A DNA stretch of 64,000 bases from an uncultured virus (IMG/VR IMGVR_UViG_3300036846_001441) (Duplodnaviria; Heunggongvirae; Uroviricota; Caudoviricetes): IMG/VR virus record IMGVR_UViG_3300036846_001441; one strand, written 5' to 3'. The notes below the pieces were generated by a model, which saw only the letters and a program-made list of their open reading frames with translations, was not told the DNA's origin and searched no databases. A program made the position numbers and the translations under genes. The first letter of the stretch is position 1. Every line of letters starts with the position of its first letter. Below, one piece after another: positions 36,446-46,587 of this stretch.

Positions 36446-36732
36446 TGAAGAAGAACGGCAAGATGCCACCCATTTATCAAAGCTACGTCTTTAAGGACAA
36501 GGACCCCGTCATTGGCGAGCTCAGGTCCCTGCTCGAGGACAGGTTCAAGAGGGTGCTGGTGGGCAAGGACCTCAGGCACGTCTCCTCGCACGGAGGCCCC
36601 AGCGTCGGCGCGATGCGGTCCTGGTTCTGGGGCAAGACGAGGAGGCCGACCAACGCGACGATAGAGGCCGCCGGCCGGAGCGTGGGCTACGAGAGGGTGT
36701 GGAGGAGGAGGAGGGACCTTGAGGGAGCATAA
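36445..36732 (+). CDS. XRE-like HTH protein
   Basis: VS..GGPSVGAMRSWF.GKTRRP.NATIEA..R..GY. Confidence 0.65.
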   Translation: MKKNGKMPPIYQSYVFKDKDPVIGELRSLLEDRFKRVLVGKDLRHVSSHGGPSVGAMRSWFWGKTRRPTNATIEAAGRSVGYERVWRRRRDLEGA

Positions 36733-36887
36733 CATGAGCCTGTACTGGATATCAGCACGTCTAAGAGGGAAATAATCCTCAAGGAGCCCTAGGCTCCTAG
36801 GAGCCTCAGGGAGGGGGGAGTTGGGCTGGGCTACTACCCTAGCTCCCCCTCCCCAAGAACACCTCTAGCACCCCTCTATTGCAGCCA

Positions 36888-36925
36888 GGGCGGCAGGGAA
36901 TCCCCTGCTGCCCCTCCCCCTTTTT
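36888..36925 (+). terminator. terminator between convergent early and late operons
   Basis: GGGCGGCAGGG-AATC-CCCTGCTGCCC...TTTTT. Confidence 0.55.
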
Positions 36926-36980
36926 GCATGGAGGGTAGTATTAGGATACCTTAACCCCTAGGAGCCCCAGGGAAGGGGCT

Positions 36981-38030
36981 CTAGGGGGCCAGATGCCCTC
37001 CTAGCTCGGTCCTGGGAAGACCTCCCAGGCTGGCCTCTATTGAAGGCCTGGGGCCATCCCCTCCCAGGGCTCTTCCTGCCGCTAGGACGACCTCCTCCGC
37101 AGAGATGTCGCTGATGCAGGCGGCGCCATCCTCCTCAGAATTGGGCCGGCAGGTCCTGGGATTGTCGTGGAGGCAATGACAGGGCCAGCACGGGACGCGA
37201 GAGGGATCGGCGGACAGCGTCGTCGCATTGACCCAGTGCCGCGTGACGTTCGTCGGGCTGGCGTGCCCGAGCAGGACGATCTTGGGCAGGCTCTCCATGG
37301 CCACCGCCCACATCGCACCGGTGTCGACGCCGATCATCAGGTCGCATCGCTGAGCAAACGACAAGCTCTTCCTGATCGTCCACTCCTCCCCCATTGCCGC
37401 GTACAGGTGCCTGGTACCGGTGCCGCTCGCCTCCACGCGCTCTCGCATCATCGCGGCAATCTCCTTGTCCCTGGGAGAGCCGAACATGACCACGGGCAGC
37501 TCGAGCTCTCTCAGCAGCCTTGCCAGGATGAGGTGACTCGCTGGATGTGCCTTGTCTATTCGCGATCCCATGAGGCACCACCCCACGCACGCCTCGGCAA
37601 TCTCGCGCTTGGTGCTCTCGGCCTCCTCCCTCTCCCTCTCGCTGGGATGGAACAGGGGGCCAAAGATGTGCGGCACGCCAGCGATGTCGTGGGTCATCTC
37701 CAGGTACGACCTGTCGGCCAGCCTCCTCCTCACCTCCGCCGGATAGTTGAACTGGGCTTGAGATGGCTTGAACGCCAGCAGGCCCTCTATCGATCCATTC
37801 AGATTGGCGAAGACCTCGTACTCGTCGGCGCGGTCGCACGGCTCGGCCTTGGCCTTGACGCTCAGCTTGTCGATGTGGGGATTGTGGAGGTACACCTTCC
37901 ACGACGGCTCCGTGGAGATCATCTCGACCCTCAGGCCCCTCCTCTGAAGGAGTGCCGCAGGGGAGCCGGCGATGAGGCAATCGCCGATGCCGCCGAACCT
38001 GACGATGCCGGCCCAGCCGTTAGCGTGCAT
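36981..38030 (-). CDS. glycosyltransferase family 9 (ADP-heptose:LPS heptosyltransferase-like)
   Basis: RFGGIGD, HNPHID, DLMIGVDTG.MW..A....P.IVL.G, CWPC. Confidence 0.88.
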   Translation of the reverse strand: MHANGWAGIVRFGGIGDCLIAGSPAALLQRRGLRVEMISTEPSWKVYLHNPHIDKLSVKAKAEPCDRADEYEVFANLNGSIEGLLAFKPSQAQFNYPAEVRRRLADRSYLEMTHDIAGVPHIFGPLFHPSEREREEAESTKREIAEACVGWCLMGSRIDKAHPASHLILARLLRELELPVVMFGSPRDKEIAAMMRERVEASGTGTRHLYAAMGEEWTIRKSLSFAQRCDLMIGVDTGAMWAVAMESLPKIVLLGHASPTNVTRHWVNATTLSADPSRVPCWPCHCLHDNPRTCRPNSEEDGAACISDISAEEVVLAAGRALGGDGPRPSIEASLGGLPRTELGGHLAP

Positions 38031-38802
38031 CAAAATCCCACGGCTCGAGGTGGGCATCGGCAAGGCTCACCTGCCTGCCATTGGGGACACACAGCAGATT
38101 GAGCGACACCACTCCAGGCCAGAGGTTATCACTCCGGTGAAGGAAGTTGTCGGGGTTGAAGAGCGGTGGCATGTGAGAGAACACCCTATAGCCGAGCATG
38201 AGGGCCTTTCGCGGAAGGTGACTGGTGCCGGCGTCGTTCTCCACGTACAGATAGGGCTTGAATTTTTCTATCGTGTCGCGAGCCCCATCCAGCACGTCCT
38301 CCTCCATGCCCTGCACATCTATCTTGATCAGGCGGCAAGAGGGCAAGTCGAGGGCATCGATGCCGATCGCCTTGACCCTCTCCCTCGACGATGCCTTGGT
38401 CAGCCTCACGTCGCCAAAGTTTCCAGGCTTGGAGTAATCGACCCTCTGGATGCTCATTTCGCACGCCCTCGAGGCCAGGGCCACGTTGCTGGCCCGGATG
38501 CACCACAGACCATTGATTGCGACGTTGGCGCACAGCGCGGTGAAGATGACCCGCTGAGGCTCGTGGGCATGGATCGCTCCATCATCCCCTACCGCCCTGG
38601 CCATTGCCATGGTCAGCGCCCCGACATTGGCGCCGGCCTCGACCACGACGTCTCCTGGAGAGAGCAGGGAGGAGAGCAGTTGAGCCTCGATCTCCGAATA
38701 CTCTCCATAGTAGCCAAGGGCACGACCGATGAAGTCATCGTGCGGGAAAAAAAGCATGCTGCCGTACCGGCACTTATTGACCACGAGGCTGGTCAGAGGC
38801 AT
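38020..38802 (-). CDS. FkbM-family SAM-dependent methyltransferase
   Basis: VVEAGANVG, AHEPQ, IKIDVQGME..VL.GA..TI....P.LYVE. Confidence 0.9.
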   Translation of the reverse strand: MPLTSLVVNKCRYGSMLFFPHDDFIGRALGYYGEYSEIEAQLLSSLLSPGDVVVEAGANVGALTMAMARAVGDDGAIHAHEPQRVIFTALCANVAINGLWCIRASNVALASRACEMSIQRVDYSKPGNFGDVRLTKASSRERVKAIGIDALDLPSCRLIKIDVQGMEEDVLDGARDTIEKFKPYLYVENDAGTSHLPRKALMLGYRVFSHMPPLFNPDNFLHRSDNLWPGVVSLNLLCVPNGRQVSLADAHLEPWDFDAR

Positions 38803-39036
38803 TCACTTCGTTCCTTCTTTTCCTGGAACACATACATCCAAAAACACCTTTCGTTCCTCGGTAAACAGCCGCCGCTCCTCGGCCATGTAGCCAGCCCGCA
38901 CATGGATAGACCACCCAATGCCAACAAGGGTCAAGCCCTGAAGCACTACAAGAGCAATCAACACCGGAGCCGAGCGCATCGCATCGATTGCACTGCCAGC
39001 AACCTTTGCACCTTCCTCGATTGGACCCGGGTTCAT
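38803..39036 (-). CDS. small single-TM membrane protein (possibly lysis-related)
   Basis: PVLIALVVLQGLTLVGIGWSI TM helix. Confidence 0.5.
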   Translation of the reverse strand: MNPGPIEEGAKVAGSAIDAMRSAPVLIALVVLQGLTLVGIGWSIHVRAGYMAEERRLFTEERKVFLDVCVPGKEGTK

Positions 39037-39037
39037 C

Positions 39038-40219
39038 TTACATTCCCAGCATTGGCATATTGAAGGCAGCCGCTAGTTGCGCAAAATTGGCGACCAGCGC
39101 GGTATTGCCGGTGATCGTAAAAGTGTAACTTGTGGATGTGCTTACTTGGGTTCCACCAGAGGTCCAATTGACGAACCGATACCCACTGTTAGGCGTTACC
39201 GTAACTGTTACCGAAGTATTGCTGTTGAAATTTCCTCCTCCGCTTACCGAACCTCCTGCTGATGGAGAAGAGCTGACAGAGCAGGTATAAACAGCTGGCG
39301 TATAGGTGATGTAGATCAGGCCCGGAGCACCGGCGCCACCTGAAGCATTGCCGGCGCTGGTGTTGCCGTAACCCCCACCTCCGCCAGCCCCACCGTAAAG
39401 CCCACCGTTTCCACCATTCTGAGTCGTCGAGTTGTTACTCGCGCGGGCGCCACCTCCCCCACCTCCTCCTGAGCCAGCGATGCCAAAATTAGTTCCATTC
39501 CCTCCTGTGCCACCGTTCGCAGGGGCTGATAAATTGTTGTTTCCACCGCCTCCGCTGCCACTGCTCCCATTGCCCCCTCCCGAGGCCCCACCAGCGGTGC
39601 CATCACCTGACCTGCCTCCTACACCTCCAGCGGCAGTGGTGCCATTACCTCCTGCCGCAGAAGATGCTCCTCCGCTGCCACCTCCACCACCTGAGCCTTG
39701 TGCCCCTCCTACTGTCTGACCACCACCAACACTGCCATTTCCAGTCAAGCTTGCGGCGCCACCTCCTCCACTGGCGCCTACTGGCTGAGCGATGCTAGTC
39801 CCTCCTCCACCTCCTGAATATCTCGTTGTACCAATACCATTGGACGCAAGAGCCAAACCACTGCCTGGAGTAGCAGTGCTGTTGGATGGACTTCCCTGAC
39901 CTCCTTTTGCTGCAACAATAGACGACGCATAACTACTGCCACCGAACCAAGTATCACCTCCATTCCCACCAGACACATTCATTGGACCGGCGGCACCTCC
40001 AAACCCCACGCTATAATTTACAGAAGCACCCGGTGTCAGGGACACATTGGCAACACCACTGCAAGCGCCACCTTCGCCACCTGCTCCGGTCAGAAAATTA
40101 CTGGTATAAACACCACTTCCTCCTCCACCTGCTCCAATTACAGCAATCTGGTTATTCGCCGAGTTCCAATCGGCAGGAACTGTCCATGTAGTGCCTGACG
40201 TTAGAAAAATCGTCGCCAC
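39038..40219 (-). CDS. glycine-rich tail fibre/adhesin with C-terminal InlB B-repeat-like domain
   Basis: SGTTWTVPADW, GAGGGG repeats; GG.VSG.G......VTV..TPNSGYRFVNWT...L.ANF. Confidence 0.75.
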   Translation of the reverse strand: MATIFLTSGTTWTVPADWNSANNQIAVIGAGGGGSGVYTSNFLTGAGGEGGACSGVANVSLTPGASVNYSVGFGGAAGPMNVSGGNGGDTWFGGSSYASSIVAAKGGQGSPSNSTATPGSGLALASNGIGTTRYSGGGGGTSIAQPVGASGGGGAASLTGNGSVGGGQTVGGAQGSGGGGGSGGASSAAGGNGTTAAGGVGGRSGDGTAGGASGGGNGSSGSGGGGNNNLSAPANGGTGGNGTNFGIAGSGGGGGGGARASNNSTTQNGGNGGLYGGAGGGGGYGNTSAGNASGGAGAPGLIYITYTPAVYTCSVSSSPSAGGSVSGGGNFNSNTSVTVTVTPNSGYRFVNWTSGGTQVSTSTSYTFTITGNTALVANFAQLAAAFNMPMLGM

Positions 40220-40232
40220 GAATACTGATCCT

Positions 40233-41750
40233 TCACTGAAGGGCTTTGATCACGTAAGTCGAGATGGCGTTGATCCTGCGAATTGAGACGATGAACTTAT
40301 TTCCATTGGTTGTGGTCAACGCATCTCCGACACTGGCGCCGACCGAAAAACCGCTGAACGCGATGGCACCGGCACTTGCGCCATTGGTCACCAGGATGTC
40401 CATGGCACAGTCCACGGTCGGTACGTTGATGGTGATGGCCGAGTTATTGGTGCCATACTGGTAGTTACCGACGAGAGGGTTCGGCGTCATGGAACTGGCG
40501 ATGGTGCCGATGTTGTACGGTGTCAGCGCAAAGCCGCCCGTGATGGTCTGGCTGCCCGCAGTGGCCAGCCGCGAGGTATCGGTCGGATGAACGTGATCCG
40601 CCCGCGCCCATGTCACTGCGGTACCGATGGCGGCCGCACCGTTCATGATCGGCAGCAGGCTCGACCCACCAGGAATATTACCGTTGAAATATTGAAGCGT
40701 GACCGGCTGCAGGGCGCTGGCTGGATCGGCAGACAGCGTGAGCGCGCCAGTCAGCGTGCCGCCGCCCAGCGGGAGGGCTTTGCCCCAGGCCCCGTTGACG
40801 CGACCGTAGGTGGCGCCATCGTGCGTGGCATCCGGCACATAGATCAGGCTGTCGCTGCCCAGCCGTGCCAAATTTAGAGCGTCAGTGCTGACCGCTCCCG
40901 CGCCAGCTGGTCCTGTCGGGCCTGTCGGCCCCGCCGGTCCAAGTGCCCCCTGCTGGCCGGCAACATTGATGTTCCAGTCGGCATGCGTTCCTGCCGCACC
41001 GAGTAGATCAACATTGATTGTCAGCGAAGTCCCGGTATAGGCAGTGACCAGCCCCTCCATCCAGCTGGTCGGCGCAGAGCTTGACGAGGCTCGCGCGCGA
41101 GCTCCGACGGTGTAGGCGAGTCCAGATTGTGTTGCGAAGGTCTGTGATCCAGTCGCAACGGCGAGTGATGTCGGGCTCGTGGCAAGATAACCGGCTGCAC
41201 CCGATGGTCCCTGCGGGCCCGCAGGCCCCACCGGACCAGCTGGACCAGTCGCGCCAGTCAGGCCGGTGGGCCCAGGTGCTCCAGTCGCGCCAGTCGCGCC
41301 GATGGGACCGATCGGACCAGCAGGCCCCTGCGGCCCAGCTGGCCCCATCGGCCCTACGGGGCCGCCAGAGGGGCCGGTCGGCCCAGTCGGCCCGATCGGA
41401 CCCACTGGTCCAGTTGCACCGGGCTGGCCGATGACACCGATGCTCCACGCAGAATATGAGCCCGAGCCTGATACGGTATCGGCATTGACGACGAGAGTGG
41501 CACCATCCCACGCGGTGACCTGCCCTTCCATCCAGTGGGCATTGGCATCAGAGGTCTCTGTTGCTCTGACACGCGTTCCAACCGCAACCGAGAACGCAGC
41601 CGTTGCAATAGCAAACGTAGCCGAGCCAGTCACTATACCGACTGTGCTCGTGCTCGTAGACGCCAGGGTCGAGCGCGGCGCGAGCGGAGCCGTCGTCACG
41701 ACGACGCTCGTCGGATAGCGCGGATCGATGGTGATGTTCTTGATCGTCAT
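40233..41750 (-). CDS. collagen-like fibre protein
   Basis: G-X-Y triplet runs; duplicated domain (WMEG.VTA..G..L..N.D); [22 protein letters not shown]. Confidence 0.8.
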   Translation of the reverse strand: MTIKNITIDPRYPTSVVVTTAPLAPRSTLASTSTSTVGIVTGSATFAIATAAFSVAVGTRVRATETSDANAHWMEGQVTAWDGATLVVNADTVSGSGSYSAWSIGVIGQPGATGPVGPIGPTGPTGPSGGPVGPMGPAGPQGPAGPIGPIGATGATGAPGPTGLTGATGPAGPVGPAGPQGPSGAAGYLATSPTSLAVATGSQTFATQSGLAYTVGARARASSSSAPTSWMEGLVTAYTGTSLTINVDLLGAAGTHADWNINVAGQQGALGPAGPTGPTGPAGAGAVSTDALNLARLGSDSLIYVPDATHDGATYGRVNGAWGKALPLGGGTLTGALTLSADPASALQPVTLQYFNGNIPGGSSLLPIMNGAAAIGTAVTWARADHVHPTDTSRLATAGSQTITGGFALTPYNIGTIASSMTPNPLVGNYQYGTNNSAITINVPTVDCAMDILVTNGASAGAIAFSGFSVGASVGDALTTTNGNKFIVSIRRINAISTYVIKALQ

Positions 41751-41752
41751 CT

Positions 41753-42178
41753 TTACGGCCTAAGCAAGGGACCGACAGAGGGGGCGTGAGTGATGCCCTG
41801 CACGATGGCCAGAGTGAACTGGACACAAACTCGAGTGTTGACACCGTCGGACGCGACGATGTCCCCCACGTAGTCGCCAGGCTGCTTTAGTGCCATGATT
41901 GAGGCGGGCAGGTTGATGATCAAGTAGCCATAATCGGGAGGAGTCGCAAATGCGAGACTCCCCTCGTCGGTCGAGGCCTCGATGATGACCTCATGCTCGG
42001 TTGGCGACCTGCGGACTTGCAACTCAAAGTCGATCCCTCGAAGATCGAGCTGTGCTCCAGTCAGTGGGTCAGTAGAGTTGACCAGCCACACTATGGTGTC
42101 AATCCAGTCCTCGTAGGTACCAGTCTCGATGTCCATCGAGGCCAGCGGCAGAGCGAGAACATTGGTCTGGATAGTCAT
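41753..42178 (-). CDS. virion structural protein (BppU-like)
   Basis: LDL.GIDF.LQVR, G...I.LP......PG.YV.DI. Confidence 0.6.
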   Translation of the reverse strand: MTIQTNVLALPLASMDIETGTYEDWIDTIVWLVNSTDPLTGAQLDLRGIDFELQVRRSPTEHEVIIEASTDEGSLAFATPPDYGYLIINLPASIMALKQPGDYVGDIVASDGVNTRVCVQFTLAIVQGITHAPSVGPLLRP

Positions 42179-42182
42179 CGTG

Positions 42183-42740
42183 TCAGCTGACGTTGCCAGA
42201 ATTGGGAATGCCATTGAAAACAGCGTCGATCTGTGCATTCGTCGTGATCGCGCCGGACTTGATCTGAGCGATGACTGAGGTCAGCGAAGTGAAAGTCGCC
42301 TCGATGAAGTCATTGATCTTGTTGGCAGAGGTCGTGAAATCGGCGGCCGATATCGGCACCACAGTGACCGGGTCAAACTGCCAGTTGATGTTCGCGGGTG
42401 GGTTGGCCTCTGCCAGCCTGTGAGCCGTGTTGTTGATCAGCGGCAGGTCGGCCGTATCCGTCAGGAAGAGACGAGGCGTGCCATTGATCGTCGCCGTGTA
42501 GCCGCTGGAGGCATGGTTCCACTGAGCCTGATTGGCATAGTCAAGCAAGGCCCCTTGAGTGGGATTGTGAGCAGAATAAACGGCCTGCACCTGACTTATC
42601 TGCGCCGACGTCATCGACGGATCATAGTGAAACGTCCCATCCGTCCCGTAACCGAACGGCAGTCCCTGAAGACCGGCCTGCTGAAGCTGAGCACTGAACG
42701 ACGGTCCGTCGATTGCATTGGTACCGATTGCATTAGGCAT
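42183..42740 (-). CDS. putative tail fibre assembly protein (DUF4376-like)
   Basis: Directly follows the tail fibre; L..YA...W...G, INW, I..G.ITT.AQIDA.F. Confidence 0.6.
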   Translation of the reverse strand: MPNAIGTNAIDGPSFSAQLQQAGLQGLPFGYGTDGTFHYDPSMTSAQISQVQAVYSAHNPTQGALLDYANQAQWNHASSGYTATINGTPRLFLTDTADLPLINNTAHRLAEANPPANINWQFDPVTVVPISAADFTTSANKINDFIEATFTSLTSVIAQIKSGAITTNAQIDAVFNGIPNSGNVS

Positions 42741-42745
42741 TGAAA

Positions 42746-44323
42746 CTACCCTCTATAAGACAGAGTCAAGTTTAACGACACAGGCGCGCCGAAAAGACTT
42801 CCGCCGTAGTTCAATTGAAGAGTTCCAGCTTGCACCCCACACAACATTGTCGCCACATGCATCATGTTTTCAGAAAGGCCGCGCTTGTGACTCAGATGAT
42901 GGTATGACCAAGCGTAATTACCGCCCGCATATTCGCTCGCGTACATATCCCACGGAGACTCGGGCACCGCCGCCCCGTCATAGGCCACGCCCAATCCAAA
43001 TTCTGTAAATCCCAATCCACCGCCCATACCAAAAAATTCTGCCTGAATGTCTTCATCCAACCACGAGATGAAATTATTCCGGAAAACTGTGGATGGCTCA
43101 TGAAAGGCACCGCCGCTGGTAAAGACGGTCGTCGGGCTGACCATTGCCGTGACAGAGCGTTTAATCATGCGATTGAACCACGACAATACTAGACGTTGGC
43201 CATCCTGGTCGACGAATTGCCCAAGCGCGTTGGTCATGGCCGCGCCGACCAGAGTGTTCATCGGCGAGCCGGACATGACCTCGATGCCATTGGCGTCAGT
43301 CGCGTGCCCCGTCGTGAAGGCAGCCAGCTGCACGACGGGACCACTAACGCCCGACGGGGCCTGTGCATAGATGTAGTAGAACGTGTTGGCCGAGAGCCCG
43401 GCCGAGCTCAGCGAAACTCCAGCCGCAGGCAGCGGGTAGAGCACGCCGCCAATGACAATGCCACTCCCATTGTAAGGCGCCAGTACCAGGCTACCGCTGA
43501 CCAGCGCCAGGTGGCAGCGACCATGAAGGCGGCCAGCCTGACGAGCACTCGCGTCGATCCACAGGACGGTCCCATCATAGACGAACAGGTGGACGTCCCC
43601 GACGACGACGTCACCCGGACCAAGCGCGCCGTGACCATTGGCCTTGACTGGAATATTCGTGTTGGCATTGACGTTGATCGTGGTCGGCCCAGTATTGGTG
43701 TTTGCGATCTTAACCAGGAACGCCGTGCCCGCCGGCATCGTCGTGATCGCTGGGGAAAAGTGGGCGTCGATGACATTCGGCGTAGCGCTATCATCCACGC
43801 AGTACGGCAGAGCCGCAAACGTGACGGCAGGAGGCGTGCCGCCAGTACCGGTCACAGAGCTGTTAACCAGCTGGAACGCCGTGCCATCGAACACCAGAGA
43901 GACGACACCGCCCGCCGGGAGGTCCCCGGCAGCAACCGGCAAGCCGTTGGTCTTCTTGATCAGGGCACGGCCGGCTCCCGCGTCGATGGTCGCAGAGCCG
44001 TCATTACTCACGGCGACCTTGACGCGCAGGATCAGGCCAGCAGTATAGGCCAGCAGCGGCGGATCATAGACGACAATGAGGTTATCAGCAGTCCCAGAGT
44101 CCGTCGCAAAATTCATGGCCTGCGAGCGGATGCCCTTCGCCATCTGCTGGAGGTCACCGTCATCTGGCGTGATCCCGCTCTTGCTGATGACAGTGACGAT
44201 CTCTCTCATCGGCTCTTCAAACGCGGCCGCAGGCGGGATTGACCCCTGGATGCCGAGCGAGGGATTGCCATTAATGTACGGCGCGTCCGGATCAGTGATG
44301 CCGTATGGCTGAACGTACTTCAT
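42746..44323 (-). CDS. tail fibre protein
   Basis: MKYVQPYG...YINGNP..G..GS.PPAAAFE.P.REI; repeated D.G..N..N.G..TI domains; follows the baseplate genes. Confidence 0.85.
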   Translation of the reverse strand: MKYVQPYGITDPDAPYINGNPSLGIQGSIPPAAAFEEPMREIVTVISKSGITPDDGDLQQMAKGIRSQAMNFATDSGTADNLIVVYDPPLLAYTAGLILRVKVAVSNDGSATIDAGAGRALIKKTNGLPVAAGDLPAGGVVSLVFDGTAFQLVNSSVTGTGGTPPAVTFAALPYCVDDSATPNVIDAHFSPAITTMPAGTAFLVKIANTNTGPTTINVNANTNIPVKANGHGALGPGDVVVGDVHLFVYDGTVLWIDASARQAGRLHGRCHLALVSGSLVLAPYNGSGIVIGGVLYPLPAAGVSLSSAGLSANTFYYIYAQAPSGVSGPVVQLAAFTTGHATDANGIEVMSGSPMNTLVGAAMTNALGQFVDQDGQRLVLSWFNRMIKRSVTAMVSPTTVFTSGGAFHEPSTVFRNNFISWLDEDIQAEFFGMGGGLGFTEFGLGVAYDGAAVPESPWDMYASEYAGGNYAWSYHHLSHKRGLSENMMHVATMLCGVQAGTLQLNYGGSLFGAPVSLNLTLSYRG

Positions 44324-45003
44324 TACGGTGTTCCCTCCATCGGCGACAGGCTAGCATAAGACACGTCGTAGACCAAGGCAGTGTGAGCGGGCTTCCAGCG
44401 ATTGAGCAGGCACTGCATGTCGTCTATGACCCCAAATCTGAGGTGGTGATCGACACCGGCCTGCCCGCTGGAGGCCCGAAACCAAACTAGTGATGGCTTG
44501 CCAATCTGGATTGACCAAGCAAAGCGCATCTCGGGAGGGCCGATGTACCATCGGAAGTGCTCATCTGGGTTCGGCCTCGTGTCTCCAGCCTGGCTGATCC
44601 CGGCCATGAACGGCGACCACTCCCTGACCACGACAGCACCATAGCCGAGCCACTCCATTATCTTCTCGAAGTAGGCGCGAGACTGGCCACCCTGCCACGT
44701 CATGGCCAAGATGAGCATCCGCTGGCGCTCACCTATCGTCGTGGCCGACGGAAAACAGGGATCTGGCAGACCCCAGTTACGCTCCCAGTCTGGCAATAGC
44801 TCAAAGGTAATGCGCGGATCACTCTCGCGCTCTAGGAGGTCAGCGGCGCGCCCATCGACAAAACCGTAGTAGTCTGCCAAACCGTTGCATGCCTTCACCA
44901 GTGTGCTAGTTATGTTTCGCGTCCAAGCCTGGCCATCCGGCAGCAGCGAGAGAAGAGCCTGAGCATAATCACTGCCACTGCGCCGCACGTGAACGTCAGA
45001 CAT
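44323..45003 (-). CDS. baseplate wedge protein (Mu gp48/YmfQ, DUF2313)
   Basis: LL.LLP.G.AW, E.DPR...ELLPDWER..GLPD.C, C...R.KPAHT. Confidence 0.9.
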   Translation of the reverse strand: MSDVHVRRSGSDYAQALLSLLPDGQAWTRNITSTLVKACNGLADYYGFVDGRAADLLERESDPRITFELLPDWERNWGLPDPCFPSATTIGERQRMLILAMTWQGGQSRAYFEKIMEWLGYGAVVVREWSPFMAGISQAGDTRPNPDEHFRWYIGPPEMRFAWSIQIGKPSLVWFRASSGQAGVDHHLRFGVIDDMQCLLNRWKPAHTALVYDVSYASLSPMEGTP

Positions 45004-46075
45004 ACGTGATGTCTCCGAGCACGGCCATCGATCCAAGGTTGGGCATCACCAGATCATCCATGGTCAATTCAAAGTGGTCGACTCCTGGAGCCTCGGCAAT
45101 CGCCGACGACACCCAGCTCCTCCACATCGTGACCCCCGGAGCAGCACGCAGCAGGATCATGGCGTTCAGGCTGTCCTCTATCGCAGCACGCACACCAGAA
45201 TTATCTGTCACAAGATTGGAGAGCGTCACATTGAGCGGACAGGGGATAGGAGCAACCACGAAGAAGTCCTTGACGGCCACTGGCCGCTTCAGGTCGAGAT
45301 ACGCAGTGACAGCGTCGATGTCAATGCCGATTGGAAAACCTCCATTGTCCGCTCGCAAGTCATCCATCATGAACCGTACCGTGACTGTACCCATTCCCAT
45401 CTCAAGTGGAGAGCACCACGCCCTAGTGACCCCAGGTACTTCCAGTGCCCACAGGACATAGTCGGCCTGGTCCCCACCCTGAGGAGGGTTCCGGATGCGC
45501 TGAAGAATCCGAGTTCGCAACTCATCGTCAGTCTCGGTATCGGCTCCCCCTGACATGCCAATGACCAGCACGTCGGGGTCCACGCCTGGGATGACAACGA
45601 GAAAATTCAGTGGATCACCTGGTTCGAGATTACCGTCGCTTCCGGCGATGAGCGACGTCACTGGAACTGGCGTGGGACCTCCTCCAACCGTTGTCATCTC
45701 CGTGACCTGATAGGTGGCATTCTGAATGCCAGAACCCATGAGGCTTCCAGCTGGAATGATGCTGTCGGCAACTCCAGTTGCTGCCACGCTTCCTACCGCC
45801 AGCGTGGCCTGCTTCCTGCCAACAGTCCCGTCGGCATTGACCAGCCAGATGTCTCCATGCCTGTCCAGCCACTCTGTCTCTGCCGTATCTGGAAGGAGCT
45901 GGAGCGAGAGCCAGTCAATGTACTCGAGCGTCAGGAAGCACAAGGCACCCTGAGTATCGGCCAGGACGCGAAGCACGCTGTTCGGGATCGTTGCATCACT
46001 GCCAGGGAGCGACCCATGGATCGCGTCCCTGACCAGAGATCTAATCTGCCTCAGTGTGGGAGTGCTCCACGGCAT
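44996..46075 (-). CDS. baseplate J-like protein (Mu gp47)
   Basis: QLLPDTAE.EWL.RH, GGAD.E.DD.LR.R.L.R...PP.GG...DY..WALEVPGVTRAW. Confidence 0.93.
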   Translation of the reverse strand: MPWSTPTLRQIRSLVRDAIHGSLPGSDATIPNSVLRVLADTQGALCFLTLEYIDWLSLQLLPDTAETEWLDRHGDIWLVNADGTVGRKQATLAVGSVAATGVADSIIPAGSLMGSGIQNATYQVTEMTTVGGGPTPVPVTSLIAGSDGNLEPGDPLNFLVVIPGVDPDVLVIGMSGGADTETDDELRTRILQRIRNPPQGGDQADYVLWALEVPGVTRAWCSPLEMGMGTVTVRFMMDDLRADNGGFPIGIDIDAVTAYLDLKRPVAVKDFFVVAPIPCPLNVTLSNLVTDNSGVRAAIEDSLNAMILLRAAPGVTMWRSWVSSAIAEAPGVDHFELTMDDLVMPNLGSMAVLGDITYV

Positions 46076-46587
46076 TATGACGCCATCCCCTCCCAAAGCG
46101 CTTGATACATCAAGTTGATCGCCGCACGAGGTCCTCGATAGAGACGCACTAAGACATTGAGCTGCTGCTTGGACACTCGCGTCGAGACGATCTCATAGCG
46201 GCTGGCTATCTTGTTGTCGATGAATGGTTGAAGGGCGCCTCGAATGTAATTCATGGCCATTGCCTGAGTGCTGCCAAACCTCGATTGAGAGGAGCCGAGA
46301 GAGCTTCGCTTCAGCAGCCACAACTTAGTCCCGATGGGCCATGCATTCCAGATCACGTCACCATCCATATCGCCCCACCATCCCTCTCGATTAGTGGAAT
46401 CTGGATCGGGTAGGAGGTCGGTCTCATCGGCCAGAGCATTGGTTCCCAAGGCAACCATGACCGCCGTCGCCAACGCCATGCTGTCATCCAACTCTCCAGT
46501 GAGGAGCAACCTCCAGTCGATGGTTACCTCATAGTTAGGGTACTCGCTATTGGAGTACGTCCTGACATCTATCGGGAGAGGAGTCAT
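46075..46587 (-). CDS. baseplate protein (Mu gp46-like)
   Basis: L.TAV.VAL.T, GWWGD, IG.KLWLL.R, Y...ALQP. Confidence 0.9.
   Translation of the reverse strand: MTPLPIDVRTYSNSEYPNYEVTIDWRLLLTGELDDSMALATAVMVALGTNALADETDLLPDPDSTNREGWWGDMDGDVIWNAWPIGTKLWLLKRSSLGSSQSRFGSTQAMAMNYIRGALQPFIDNKIASRYEIVSTRVSKQQLNVLVRLYRGPRAAINLMYQALWEGMAS

Noticed and set aside
38803..39036. Holin/lysis cassette
   Set aside because: Single TM protein with no adjacent endolysin or spanin; function not supportable
42746..44323. Diversity-generating retroelement or invertible tail-fibre cassette
   Set aside because: No reverse transcriptase, invertase or TR/VR repeat pair seen
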